64,000 bases of DNA, from positions 51,140-115,139 of the IMG/VR virus record IMGVR_UViG_3300030101_002520; one strand, 5' to 3'. The position numbers and the translations under genes are program-made. Each line of letters starts with the position of its first letter. The first letter of the stretch is position 1. Positions 17,724-26,386 of the stretch are shown in pieces. The DNA is from a virus. Below the pieces are notes generated by a model, which made no database searches, was not told the DNA's origin, and saw only the letters and a program-made list of their open reading frames with translations.

Positions 17724-18095
17724 ATGGCAACTTTAACGAGTATAATTCAACTTTCTACAAGTGGTGTAGCAAAAGATAGAGTAAATTTTACATGTTCTAA
17801 AATATCAAATGTAAAAAATCCTGCTATCCAAACTGGTACTTTAGATATTTCAACTATTGCTACTATAGCTACTGCACCGGCAGGAACAAGTTCAAGTGAT
17901 GGAATGTACATGTATGTAAGAAATTTAGACCCTACAGCTCATTTAGATCTTACTTTTGATAGTAACAATACATTAAAAGTAGGACCAGGTGAAATGAGTT
18001 TTTTCTGTGTACATGATTCTAGAGTAGTAAAAGGTACTGCTAGTACTGGAACTATAAAGGTTGAATACGGCACATGGACATTAGATAAGTATTAA
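17724..18095 (+). CDS. Small beta-sandwich structural protein, paralog 4
   Basis: MATLT, MYVRN, VGPGEMSFF, VEYGTW. Confidence 0.62.
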   Translation: MATLTSIIQLSTSGVAKDRVNFTCSKISNVKNPAIQTGTLDISTIATIATAPAGTSSSDGMYMYVRNLDPTAHLDLTFDSNNTLKVGPGEMSFFCVHDSRVVKGTASTGTIKVEYGTWTLDKY

Positions 18096-18113
18096 AAGTA
18101 ATACTTATTTAAT

Positions 18114-21095
18114 ATGAGACAACTAATATTCTTTTTATTAGTTCCTTTTCTCTTGTTTTCACAAGAGTCTTGGATAAATGTGCAGTTATTAACAGATGAT
18201 TATCCAGAAGAAACATCTTGGACTATAACTCCTCCAGGTGGATCACCAATTATTGCACAGTCTGATTCTATAATGCAAGATCAAACTTTGTATGATACAA
18301 TAGTTGATCTTGGAGGAACTATTATTTTTTCTTTATTTGATGAATATGGAGATGGATTAGGTGGCTTTAATGGTTCACCAGAAGGATGGCTTTTAGTACA
18401 AAATGATTGTCAAGATACTATATTATATGTAGCAGGTGATTTTGGTTTTGATTATATAGATACATTAACCATAGCTCCCTGTGCTCCCCCTCTTGCTGGA
18501 TGTCTAGATTCTTTAGCAATAAACTTTAATCCTCTTGCAACTGTAGATGATGGCTCATGTGAGTATCCAGGTTGTGATGGGATTCTTACATCTAATGCAT
18601 ATGATATATGTATAGGTGGAGGAACACAAACACAAATTATATTTGAATGGACATTAGATGATTACAATCCTAATTGTGAAGTAACTAATGTTATTGTATC
18701 AAATGAAGAAGGTTTAGGTCCTCTAAATCTTCCACCAGCTCCCGTAAATAACTTTGGCTTTATAGCAGGTAATGGACAAATGCCACCTAACTGGAGTGTA
18801 GAGCACTACTGTGTATTAGAATTTCTAGATGGTTCTATATCTGATACAATAGTTTATACACCATCTCCATGTATTGCTGGTTGCACAGATCCCACACAAA
18901 TAGCTTATAACCCATGGGCAACATTTGATGATGGTACTTGTACAGGAACATCTTGTGATACAACATCTCAGTATCAGATTACAATGGAGATTATGTTTGA
19001 CAACTGGCCAGGTGAAACAGGTTGGACAATGGTAACCAATTCTGGACAAGATATGCAAATGCCAAATGGGTCATATAACTTTCAAGATATAGGACAAACA
19101 TATACTTATACATTTTGTGTAGATCAAGTTGCACCATGGGAATTAATTGTTACAGATGATTATGGTGATGGTATGGCTGGATCTTCTTCAGGAGGTAATA
19201 TGGATGGTACAATTGTAGTTTATGATTGTGCTGGAGATACTTTATGGAATATGGATAATCCTGGTTTTGGTGATGTATTATACTCAGGAGCACAAAATGC
19301 AAACCCCTGTCCTACTGTACCAACAATACCCGGTTGTGTAGATGATGATTATGTTGAGTTTAACCCAGAAGCCAATGAAGATGATGGATCATGTGCTACA
19401 CTACATACTTATGGTTGTATTAATCCAAATGCTTTTAATTATGATCCTAGCGCAACTATAATGGATTTAGTTCCAGACTGCAACTATGAACTATGGATAG
19501 GTGATGCAGGTGGTGATGGTTGGGGTAATTCTTACTTGGGAATTATGCAGAATGGTCTCATAATAGGTACATATACAATGGGTCCAGGATCTTATGAACA
19601 AACATTTGGTCTTATACTAGATCCAGGTGTGCCAGTTGAAGTATATTACTTTGAGGTAGGAGGGCCACAGCAACCACCTCAAGAAGTAGAGTTTCAAACC
19701 TGGCACAATTCATTTAAGCTAACCAATGCTAATGGTGTTGAGCTAATGTATGAAGGTTATAATCCATTTGCAGATAATGGTCAAGGTGCTTTACAAAACT
19801 TTACATCTCCTTTCTGGACAAAGTATATAGAGATACCCTTTTGTGGGACATACTGTATACCTACAGTTGTTGGTTGTTTAGATCCAACAGCATATAATTA
19901 TAATGAAGAAGCTAACACTGATGACGGATCATGTGAACCTATAGTAGAGGGATGTACAAATGATTTAGCATTTAACTACAATCCAGAAGCTAATGTAGAT
20001 GATGATTCTTGTGTAGCTCTTGTAGTTGGATGTACTGATTCTTCTGCTTGGAACTACAATGCAGATGCAAATGAGGATGACGGTGCTTGTATATACCTAG
20101 GTTGCACTGACTCTTCAGCATGTAACTATAATCCAGGTGCAAATGCAGATAGTGGAGGATGCACTTATCCTGATCAATACTATAATTGCAGTGATGTATG
20201 CATAAATGATACTGACTCAGATGGAATTTGTGATGAGCTTGAAATACTAGGGTGTACTAGTGTAGCTGCTATTAACTATATGCCGGAAGCAACTGATGAT
20301 GACGGCAGTTGTGTTGGTATAGTATACGGTTGTACAGATCCCACTGCTTTTAATTATGACGCTACAGCTAATACAGACAATGGTTCATGTGTGCCTGTAA
20401 TATATGGATGTATAGATAGTACAGCATTCAACTATGATCCAACTGCTAACACAGATAATGGCACTTGTATAGAATTTGTATATGGTTGCATAGATGAAAC
20501 AGCTCTTAACTATGATCCACTAGCAAATACTTTAGATAACTCTTGTTGTTATCTTGGAGGTTGTACTGATGCTACTGCACTAAACTATGATGAAGATGCT
20601 TGTTTTGATGATGGTAGTTGTGTAGTTATAATAGAAGGATGTGCTGACCCTAATGCATACAACTATGATCCGCTAGTTAACTTACCAGACAATAGTGTTT
20701 GTTTATATGATGCTGGTTGCTATGGTGGACCTGGAGAACCTTATTGGTTAAATGATCCTTGTTATGCTTGGGTTATAGATATAGATGGCTATTGTTGTAC
20801 TGAACTATGGGATGAAACTTGTCAATCAATGTATAACTACTGTGAAGATGGTTGGCCTGTAGATCTAGATGAGTTATCAGGTAGTGATATAATTGTTTAT
20901 CCTAACCCTACAGCAAACACATTTACTATAGAAACAAGATTAAATGTAGATGTAGAACTTTATAACATAGTAGGAGAGCTTATACAAACAAATAATATTA
21001 AAAGAATAGATTTATCAGATTATCCAAATGGTATGTATAATTTGATTATTACATATGATAAAATAAGAATAACTAAGAAGATAATTAAACTATAA
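18114..21095 (+). CDS. Secreted Cys/Asp-repeat protein with type IX secretion (Por) type A C-terminal sorting domain
   Basis: Sec signal peptide; ~14 GCxDxxAxNYxxxAxxDDGSC repeats; C-terminal IVYPNPT...VELYNIVGELI...IDLSDYPNGMYNLII...TKKIIKL. Confidence 0.88.
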   Translation: MRQLIFFLLVPFLLFSQESWINVQLLTDDYPEETSWTITPPGGSPIIAQSDSIMQDQTLYDTIVDLGGTIIFSLFDEYGDGLGGFNGSPEGWLLVQNDCQDTILYVAGDFGFDYIDTLTIAPCAPPLAGCLDSLAINFNPLATVDDGSCEYPGCDGILTSNAYDICIGGGTQTQIIFEWTLDDYNPNCEVTNVIVSNEEGLGPLNLPPAPVNNFGFIAGNGQMPPNWSVEHYCVLEFLDGSISDTIVYTPSPCIAGCTDPTQIAYNPWATFDDGTCTGTSCDTTSQYQITMEIMFDNWPGETGWTMVTNSGQDMQMPNGSYNFQDIGQTYTYTFCVDQVAPWELIVTDDYGDGMAGSSSGGNMDGTIVVYDCAGDTLWNMDNPGFGDVLYSGAQNANPCPTVPTIPGCVDDDYVEFNPEANEDDGSCATLHTYGCINPNAFNYDPSATIMDLVPDCNYELWIGDAGGDGWGNSYLGIMQNGLIIGTYTMGPGSYEQTFGLILDPGVPVEVYYFEVGGPQQPPQEVEFQTWHNSFKLTNANGVELMYEGYNPFADNGQGALQNFTSPFWTKYIEIPFCGTYCIPTVVGCLDPTAYNYNEEANTDDGSCEPIVEGCTNDLAFNYNPEANVDDDSCVALVVGCTDSSAWNYNADANEDDGACIYLGCTDSSACNYNPGANADSGGCTYPDQYYNCSDVCINDTDSDGICDELEILGCTSVAAINYMPEATDDDGSCVGIVYGCTDPTAFNYDATANTDNGSCVPVIYGCIDSTAFNYDPTANTDNGTCIEFVYGCIDETALNYDPLANTLDNSCCYLGGCTDATALNYDEDACFDDGSCVVIIEGCADPNAYNYDPLVNLPDNSVCLYDAGCYGGPGEPYWLNDPCYAWVIDIDGYCCTELWDETCQSMYNYCEDGWPVDLDELSGSDIIVYPNPTANTFTIETRLNVDVELYNIVGELIQTNNIKRIDLSDYPNGMYNLIITYDKIRITKKIIKL
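19870..20705 (+). repeat. Tandem coding repeat, ~78 nt (26 aa) GCTD unit
   Basis: About ten near-consecutive GCxDxxAxNY...C units with divergent codons. Confidence 0.85.
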
Positions 21096-22153
21096 TGAGA
21101 ACAGTTCTTTACATATTACTACTTCTATCATTCACGATAAACGCACAAGAAGAAAATAAATTTAAAAAAGAACTTAAAAAAACTTTTAAATTCTCTACAT
21201 TCTATGCTGCAGTAAACGGTGGTACTTCTATTTCAGATCAGAATACATATTCTATATTAGATGGACTTCAAACCGATGTAATAGAAACTCCATTTGATTA
21301 CGCACTAACTTTAGGTGTAAGAAAGATACAAAGATTTGGATACGAGAACAAGGCTAACACATTCAAGGATGGCACAGAGTCTTCATACTCTGATGCCGCT
21401 ACTATTGGACGAACTAGAGGGTTTGAGTTTTTGTTTGAGGCAGATTACAAAAGACAACAAGGTGACTCTTATGTAGACCAACATCACTTCTTACGATACC
21501 TAGCAGACAAATGGGTTGTTAAGGTAGAGTATCTACAAGACGGTTTTGCTGATGTAGAGTATCTAGAAGCATCACAACGATATAGACAAAAGATAGGCAA
21601 AAGATTTTCACTTACTGCAGGGGCAGCACAAAGGATATCCGAACCATATGGTTATGATCCTCTAGCTGAATGGGTATTATCTAACGGAAACATACACTAC
21701 ACAAACCTTGCTTTAGAAGAAGGGTACACCATTGCATTTGACCCAACAGGAATAGAGTATCTATCTCCTAATGGATCTGTTGCAGCTACAAGTACAGAAG
21801 TCTGGGAAGAGGTTGTTATACCTCAAGTTATAGATGACTATGTTAAAGCAAGCAAAGATGCACTCCCTGTACAATGGTGTCACTCTCTTGTAGTAGGTCT
21901 TGATTATTACTACTACACTAAGAAGATCTGGTTACACTCATGGGCAAATGTGCTCCCTTATCACCTCAATACTGGGGGTGAATACTCATATCATAATTTC
22001 AATGGTGGTAATTGGATAGATTATTCTGGCGGATTAATCTTTGGATATAAGATTAACAGGAACCTTGGAATCTTTATTGAAGGTAAATACAATAAGTATT
22101 GGAATAGAGATTGGCATGACTTCAAGTTTGGAATAAATTATATCATTCTTTAA
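21095..22153 (+). CDS. Putative outer-membrane beta-barrel protein
   Basis: Signal peptide; many alternating amphipathic strands rich in aromatic residues; terminal strand DFKFGINYIIL; TAATG-coupled to the T9SS cargo gene. Confidence 0.65.
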   Translation: MRTVLYILLLLSFTINAQEENKFKKELKKTFKFSTFYAAVNGGTSISDQNTYSILDGLQTDVIETPFDYALTLGVRKIQRFGYENKANTFKDGTESSYSDAATIGRTRGFEFLFEADYKRQQGDSYVDQHHFLRYLADKWVVKVEYLQDGFADVEYLEASQRYRQKIGKRFSLTAGAAQRISEPYGYDPLAEWVLSNGNIHYTNLALEEGYTIAFDPTGIEYLSPNGSVAATSTEVWEEVVIPQVIDDYVKASKDALPVQWCHSLVVGLDYYYYTKKIWLHSWANVLPYHLNTGGEYSYHNFNGGNWIDYSGGLIFGYKINRNLGIFIEGKYNKYWNRDWHDFKFGINYIIL

Positions 22154-22170
22154 TTTCTAGGTATTTTTTT

Positions 22171-22179
22171 GTATATTAT
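22171..22179 (+). promoter_or_regulatory. Putative late promoter motif GTATATTAT
   Basis: TTTTTTTGTATATTAT is identical to the 14133-14148 context. Confidence 0.55.
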
Positions 22180-22202
22180 TATATAACCAAAACCGTATTT
22201 AT

Positions 22203-22352
22203 ATGAACTGGATAAACAGTTGGCGTGAGGGAAACAAGAAGAATATTGTTGATCTTACATTTAGATTTGGGGTATTAACCCTGTTTGAATTAAATTGGAA
22301 CCCGAAGAAAAGCTTCAGGTTAATAGTATTAAACTTTGGATTTGAAATATAA
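22203..22352 (+). CDS. Small hypothetical protein (49 aa)
   Basis: Hand-translated MNWINSWREGNKKNIVDLTFRFGVLTLFELNWNPKKSFRLIVLNFGFEI. Confidence 0.55.
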   Translation: MNWINSWREGNKKNIVDLTFRFGVLTLFELNWNPKKSFRLIVLNFGFEI

Positions 22353-22423
22353 TGTGTGTGTGCCCAATATGTGTTATAGTAGCAGCTGTTGCTATAGTAA
22401 GTTATAAGCTAATTAAAACATAA
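22352..22423 (+). CDS. Putative 23-aa CxCxxC plus TM micro-protein
   Basis: TAATG overlap; MCVCPICVIVAAVAIVSYKLIKT. Confidence 0.4.
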   Translation: MCVCPICVIVAAVAIVSYKLIKT

Positions 22424-22427
22424 TATT

Positions 22428-22658
22428 ATGATGAAAGGATTAAAAAATGTTATGGTCACTGATCAAAGAACTCAGATGACTTTTTGTGCAAGCTGTAAAA
22501 GCTGTCCTGCAATTGATATTTCCAAAGACTCAGACAAAGTTATTGTTGGAGGTGATGACGAAGGTTACACTGAGTTCACCAAAGATCAATTTGCTTTGTT
22601 TGTGAAAACAGTTAAGGAAGGTATGTATGATAAGTACCTTCCTGAAACTAAAGATTAA
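22428..22658 (+). CDS. Small CxxCxxC protein, DUF397-like
   Basis: CASCKSCPAIDI...VIVGGDD...FTKDQFALFVKTVKEG resembles the DUF397 layout. Confidence 0.45.
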   Translation: MMKGLKNVMVTDQRTQMTFCASCKSCPAIDISKDSDKVIVGGDDEGYTEFTKDQFALFVKTVKEGMYDKYLPETKD

Positions 22659-22660
22659 AG

Positions 22661-22921
22661 ATGGCAAAAAAGTGGATACAGGATGCAATAAAGAAACCGG
22701 GATCTTTAACAGCAGCAGCTAAAAGAGAGGGTAAAAGTATTACAGAATATTGTAAGACACCACCTTCCACTAAAGCAAAACAAAGGTGTAATTTAGCTAA
22801 TACCTTAAGAAAAATAGCTAAGAAAAGAAAAAAGAAAGCTTGTGGCGGATCAGTTATGTTTTGTGGTGGAGAATATCATTCACCAGTTAAACAAGCTGTA
22901 GGCCCAAATAAAATTTTATAA
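22661..22921 (+). CDS. Small basic protein with C-terminal GPNxxL
   Basis: MAKKWIQDAIKKPGSL...LANTLRK; CGG twice; ends AVGPNKIL. Confidence 0.75.
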   Translation: MAKKWIQDAIKKPGSLTAAAKREGKSITEYCKTPPSTKAKQRCNLANTLRKIAKKRKKKACGGSVMFCGGEYHSPVKQAVGPNKIL

Positions 22922-22923
22922 CT

Positions 22924-23298
22924 ATGGCAGCAAAAGGCCCACTAAGAAATATGTTACTTAGGCTTTTAGGTAAAAGTAAAAATGTTACTACAAACGTTCC
23001 TACAGGCCCTATTAAAGGAAGTCTTGATGAAAGTTTTCAAAAATTTGTTATAAAAAATAACATGTTAAATCAAAAAGGATTTTTTGGACCAGGTGGTTAT
23101 AGAGGAGGTGTAGATAATTTTCAAAAAAGAATAGATCAATTAAAACTTAATACAAAACCTAAAATGACTTTGGAGGAGTATCAAAGGAGTATTGATAACT
23201 TAAGATTACCAGATAATCCACCAAATTCAGGTAAACAATTGGATTTATTTAAAGATAAAAAAAAGGGTGGAAGCGTAGGACCAAATGGAGTGTTATGA
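22924..23298 (+). CDS. Basic protein with C-terminal GPNxxL
   Basis: Ends KKKGGSVGPNGVL. Confidence 0.7.
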   Translation: MAAKGPLRNMLLRLLGKSKNVTTNVPTGPIKGSLDESFQKFVIKNNMLNQKGFFGPGGYRGGVDNFQKRIDQLKLNTKPKMTLEEYQRSIDNLRLPDNPPNSGKQLDLFKDKKKGGSVGPNGVL

Positions 23299-23546
23299 AA
23301 CTATTTAATAAGTTAAGGAAAAGAAGAATAAGTAATAAGATTAATAAACTTAATCAGGAGACTGAAAATCTTCAAGGTAAAGGTTATGGTGTATTTCAAC
23401 CTGCATGGAATGAAGGTGGTAAACAAATTGTAAAGAATACAAAGAAAGTAATGGATTTACAAGATAAATTAAAAAAGTTAAGTAAAAAACATTGCGGTGG
23501 AGGTATGATGTGTGGAGGTGCTGTAGGACCAAATGGTATATTATGA
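23295..23546 (+). CDS. Small basic protein with C-terminal GPNxxL
   Basis: Ends KKHCGGGMMCGGAVGPNGIL. Confidence 0.7.
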   Translation: MKLFNKLRKRRISNKINKLNQETENLQGKGYGVFQPAWNEGGKQIVKNTKKVMDLQDKLKKLSKKHCGGGMMCGGAVGPNGIL

Positions 23547-24043
23547 AAAAATTAATTACATTTTTATTACTAGCACTAACTGCACTAGTTTATGGGCAAG
23601 ATAAAAATGTAAGACCAATAGATGTAGTAGAGAATATAAGTGTATACTTTGTAGACACAGCTTATTATAAGTCTTTGACACTTGACTCACTACATATACA
23701 AAATGTAACTGAGTTTGTTTATGTATCAAACGCAGTAGCTGACACACTAGTTGTGCCTGTTATAGAATTTGTTGAGAGAGTTACAGTTGATACGCTACAC
23801 ATACACGTACCTGAATGCAGAGTAGAATATGTAGAAGTGTATGTAACCGAAGAATTATTGATGCAGGATACTATTGTAGAGATAGAATTTAAAAATGCAC
23901 TTATAAGTTCTAACTCAGGAGTTCAAGAGATTTTAGATAAATCTTTTGGTAATAATATACTATATGATCTTCAAGGTAATCAAATAAGAAGACCAATGGG
24001 AGTTTATATAGAGAATGGTAAAATAAAGTATATAAAAATTTAA
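23543..24043 (+). CDS. Exported protein with short T9SS-CTD-like tail
   Basis: True start probably ATG 23543 (MKKLITFLLLALTALVYGQ signal peptide); C-terminal GVQEI...LYDLQGNQI...GVYIENGKIKYIK. Confidence 0.7.
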   Translation: MKKLITFLLLALTALVYGQDKNVRPIDVVENISVYFVDTAYYKSLTLDSLHIQNVTEFVYVSNAVADTLVVPVIEFVERVTVDTLHIHVPECRVEYVEVYVTEELLMQDTIVEIEFKNALISSNSGVQEILDKSFGNNILYDLQGNQIRRPMGVYIENGKIKYIKI

Positions 24044-24054
24044 AATTTAAAGTT

Positions 24055-24777
24055 ATGCCCGCAAATATGAAAAAATCTGGAATGTCATACAAGAAAGGAG
24101 GTTCCAAAAAAATGTACGGAGGTACAATGAAAAAAAAGAAAATGTATGGAGGAACCATGAAAAAGAAAATGTATGGTGGCTCCAAAAAGAAAATGATGAA
24201 GAAAGGTGGAATGATGAAAGCTAATAAAGGTTTAGAGAAATTAGCTGAAGCAAATCCTGAGCTTACGTATACAAAAAAAATGTATGGTGGTATGGCTAAT
24301 CCAAACAAAGATGAAATGATGATGTATGGTGGTGCTATGTATAAAAAGATGATGAAGATGGCAGGTGGTCCAATGATGAATGAAGAAGGAATGAAAGTAC
24401 CAGGTATGATGAAAGCTGGTGGTGGATTAAGAAAAATGCCAGGTGGTGGTTACATGAGAGATATGGATCTACCTAAAGCACAGTCTGGACTTTTTACAAA
24501 AGGTCTTAAAGGAATAGCAAAAAAATTGGGAAAAGGTAAAATAACAAATCCAAGCACAATAGATAATGTGAATGTGAAGAAAACTCTTTTTCAAGGTGTA
24601 AATAAGAAAGGTGAACAGGTTTTTAAATTAGGAACAGATGGTAATGTATTTACAAAAAAAGATAATGCAATGGCTCCTTTTTTACAGAATAAGGCAAAGA
24701 TCTTAGAAATATTAAGGGGAAACAATCCTACAAAAAATAAAGTTTATAAAAAAGGAACTTTATATGGTCCTAAATAA
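24055..24777 (+). CDS. Met/Lys/Gly-rich basic protein with MYGG/KKGG repeats
   Basis: About a dozen xxGG motifs; LPKAQSG; very basic. Confidence 0.75.
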   Translation: MPANMKKSGMSYKKGGSKKMYGGTMKKKKMYGGTMKKKMYGGSKKKMMKKGGMMKANKGLEKLAEANPELTYTKKMYGGMANPNKDEMMMYGGAMYKKMMKMAGGPMMNEEGMKVPGMMKAGGGLRKMPGGGYMRDMDLPKAQSGLFTKGLKGIAKKLGKGKITNPSTIDNVNVKKTLFQGVNKKGEQVFKLGTDGNVFTKKDNAMAPFLQNKAKILEILRGNNPTKNKVYKKGTLYGPK

Positions 24778-24789
24778 AAAAAATAAACT

Positions 24790-25185
24790 ATGAGTATACT
24801 AAAAAAGATTTTTTCAGGTGCCGGAAGCAACCTGGTAGAATCAGTTGGCGGTGTGATTGATAATTTAGTAACAACAGATGAGGAAAAATTAGAAGCCAAA
24901 AGAAAACTAAAAGAACTCATTATGAGTCATGAGGCTCAGATGGAGAAGAACATAACTGACCGTTGGACAGCAGATATGAACTCTGACTCCTGGCTGAGTA
25001 AAAATGTAAGACCCATGGTTCTTATATTTTTAATTGTATGTACTATGCTATTGATCTTTATTGATGCTGGTGCACTTACGTTTACAGTAGAAGAGAAGTG
25101 GACAGATCTTTTACAATTAGTTTTAATTACAGTAATAGGTGCATATTTTGGTGGCCGTTCTGTAGAAAAATTTAAAAAGAAATGA
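24790..25185 (+). CDS. Holin (GTA 3TM-holin-like)
   Basis: TTDEEK...RWTADMNSDSWLSKNVRP, two TM segments, GAYFGGRSVEK. Confidence 0.75.
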   Translation: MSILKKIFSGAGSNLVESVGGVIDNLVTTDEEKLEAKRKLKELIMSHEAQMEKNITDRWTADMNSDSWLSKNVRPMVLIFLIVCTMLLIFIDAGALTFTVEEKWTDLLQLVLITVIGAYFGGRSVEKFKKK

Positions 25186-25799
25186 GAAAAATAAAAAAAG
25201 AATTACCTAAAGCACAGAGAGGTTATCTTGGGAGACAAGTTGCAAAAATTCTTGGTTTTAGTGATGAAGCTTTAGAAGCAGCTAGAAAAAAACAAGCACA
25301 AATAAATAAGAGGAAGCCTACTAATAAGAATACTAATAAAAGTAAAATTAATACAAATAAAAAGAAGAAGAGTAATAAACAATCTTTTCTTGATAAGCAA
25401 TTTGAGTTTAAAAGTCCTAGTTTACGTCAACTAAATCCACTTAGGATAATTAACCCAGGAATACCAAATACTGCTAGGTTTATTAAAAAAAATCCTCTTG
25501 GTACTGGTGCACTTGGCCTTTCTTTAGCGGCATATTTAAGATCAAGACAACCTGGTATTGATCCAGTACAACCTATAGAAAATTTTAATATTCCAAGTAA
25601 CTTTAGTAATGATTTTAATATAAGCAGAAATACTGAAGCTCCAAATGTAAATTTAGATAGTATTTTGCGTAGTCAAGACTTGTTAAATTTTGATAAGAAA
25701 GGTGGACGTGTTAAAGCTAGAGGTGGTAAAACAGCTCCGGGTATGAGAAAACAAGGTGGTGGTCTTAAGATAGACCGTAATGGTAAATACTACAGGTAA
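25182..25799 (+). CDS. Basic protein with LPKAQxG and terminal GG motifs
   Basis: ELPKAQRG at the N-terminus; KKGG/ARGG/KQGG at the C-terminus. Confidence 0.7.
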   Translation: MRKIKKELPKAQRGYLGRQVAKILGFSDEALEAARKKQAQINKRKPTNKNTNKSKINTNKKKKSNKQSFLDKQFEFKSPSLRQLNPLRIINPGIPNTARFIKKNPLGTGALGLSLAAYLRSRQPGIDPVQPIENFNIPSNFSNDFNISRNTEAPNVNLDSILRSQDLLNFDKKGGRVKARGGKTAPGMRKQGGGLKIDRNGKYYR

Positions 25800-25924
25800 T
25801 GGCAGCTAGAAACACGTTTACATTTAGAAGCAATGGTGGTAAGAAAAGAAGAGGTGTCCACAGTAAAAATGCTAGCAAATCTCAAAATGCCTATAAGAAA
25901 CCCTATAGAGGGCAAGGAAGATAA
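25799..25924 (+). CDS. 41-aa basic peptide ending YRGQGR
   Basis: Hand-translated MAARNTFTFRSNGGKKRRGVHSKNASKSQNAYKKPYRGQGR; TAATG-coupled. Confidence 0.7.
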   Translation: MAARNTFTFRSNGGKKRRGVHSKNASKSQNAYKKPYRGQGR

Positions 25925-25935
25925 AAAAGAGGAGA

Positions 25936-26256
25936 CTATTGATCTCCTCTTTCTTTTATAAGCCCCTCAAGAATTATAAGATAGTTTATGGCATCTCCTA
26001 TTTTTTCTTCTAACAGTTCATCTGTTGGGACCTCTCCGGGACATTTGCTTATAATGGTTTTAATACATTCAAAATGTTTGCAAGCATATTCCCAAGCTAC
26101 ACCTTCTGGTGTATCATGAAAAGAAAAACCTACACCATTTTTAAATGATTGGAATACATCTAGGTCAGTAGCATATTCGTTCATCTTAATAGCATAAGTT
26201 TCTCTAGTTTTAGTGAACCTCTGTTCTAGAAGTTCCATGAATTTGTCATAAGTCAT
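25936..26256 (-). CDS. All-alpha nucleotide pyrophosphatase-like protein (DUF1599/MazG-like)
   Basis: KMNEYA..D...F, KH, EEKIGDAINYLIIL pattern. Confidence 0.5.
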   Translation of the reverse strand: MTYDKFMELLEQRFTKTRETYAIKMNEYATDLDVFQSFKNGVGFSFHDTPEGVAWEYACKHFECIKTIISKCPGEVPTDELLEEKIGDAINYLIILEGLIKERGDQ

Positions 26257-26369
26257 ACTTCTTTTTCAAGCTTTCTTAAGACTTCAGGATCAACAATTGG
26301 CATGCCATCCTCATTCACATTATTAGGAACAGTTGGTTCCTCCATAGAAATCATTTTTTCTAAATCCAT
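26253..26369 (-). CDS. Small acidic hypothetical protein (38 aa)
   Basis: Hand-translated MDLEKMISMEEPTVPNNVNEDGMPIVDPEVLRKLEKEV; ATGA overlap with the next gene. Confidence 0.45.
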   Translation of the reverse strand: MDLEKMISMEEPTVPNNVNEDGMPIVDPEVLRKLEKEV

Positions 26370-26386
26370 AAATAAATAATTAAAAA

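Noticed and set aside
19870-20705. Regularly spaced repeats as a CRISPR array or DGR
   Set aside because: The repeats are conserved as protein with divergent codons; no cas or reverse transcriptase gene in the window.
23536-23544. GTATATTAT within a GPNGIL tail, as an explanation for the tag
   Set aside because: Only one of the four tails matches the DNA motif exactly, whereas the peptide is conserved in all four.
23350-24308. Minus-strand ORFs, including the PPYIFF-repeat ORF at 23910-24308
   Set aside because: The repeat is simply the reverse complement of the KKMYGG repeats.
22661-25799. Double-glycine bacteriocin/RiPP precursors modified by the radical SAM enzyme
   Set aside because: The GG motifs follow basic runs rather than typical leader peptides, there is no C39 peptidase/ABC transporter, and the radical SAM is SPL-type without a SPASM domain.
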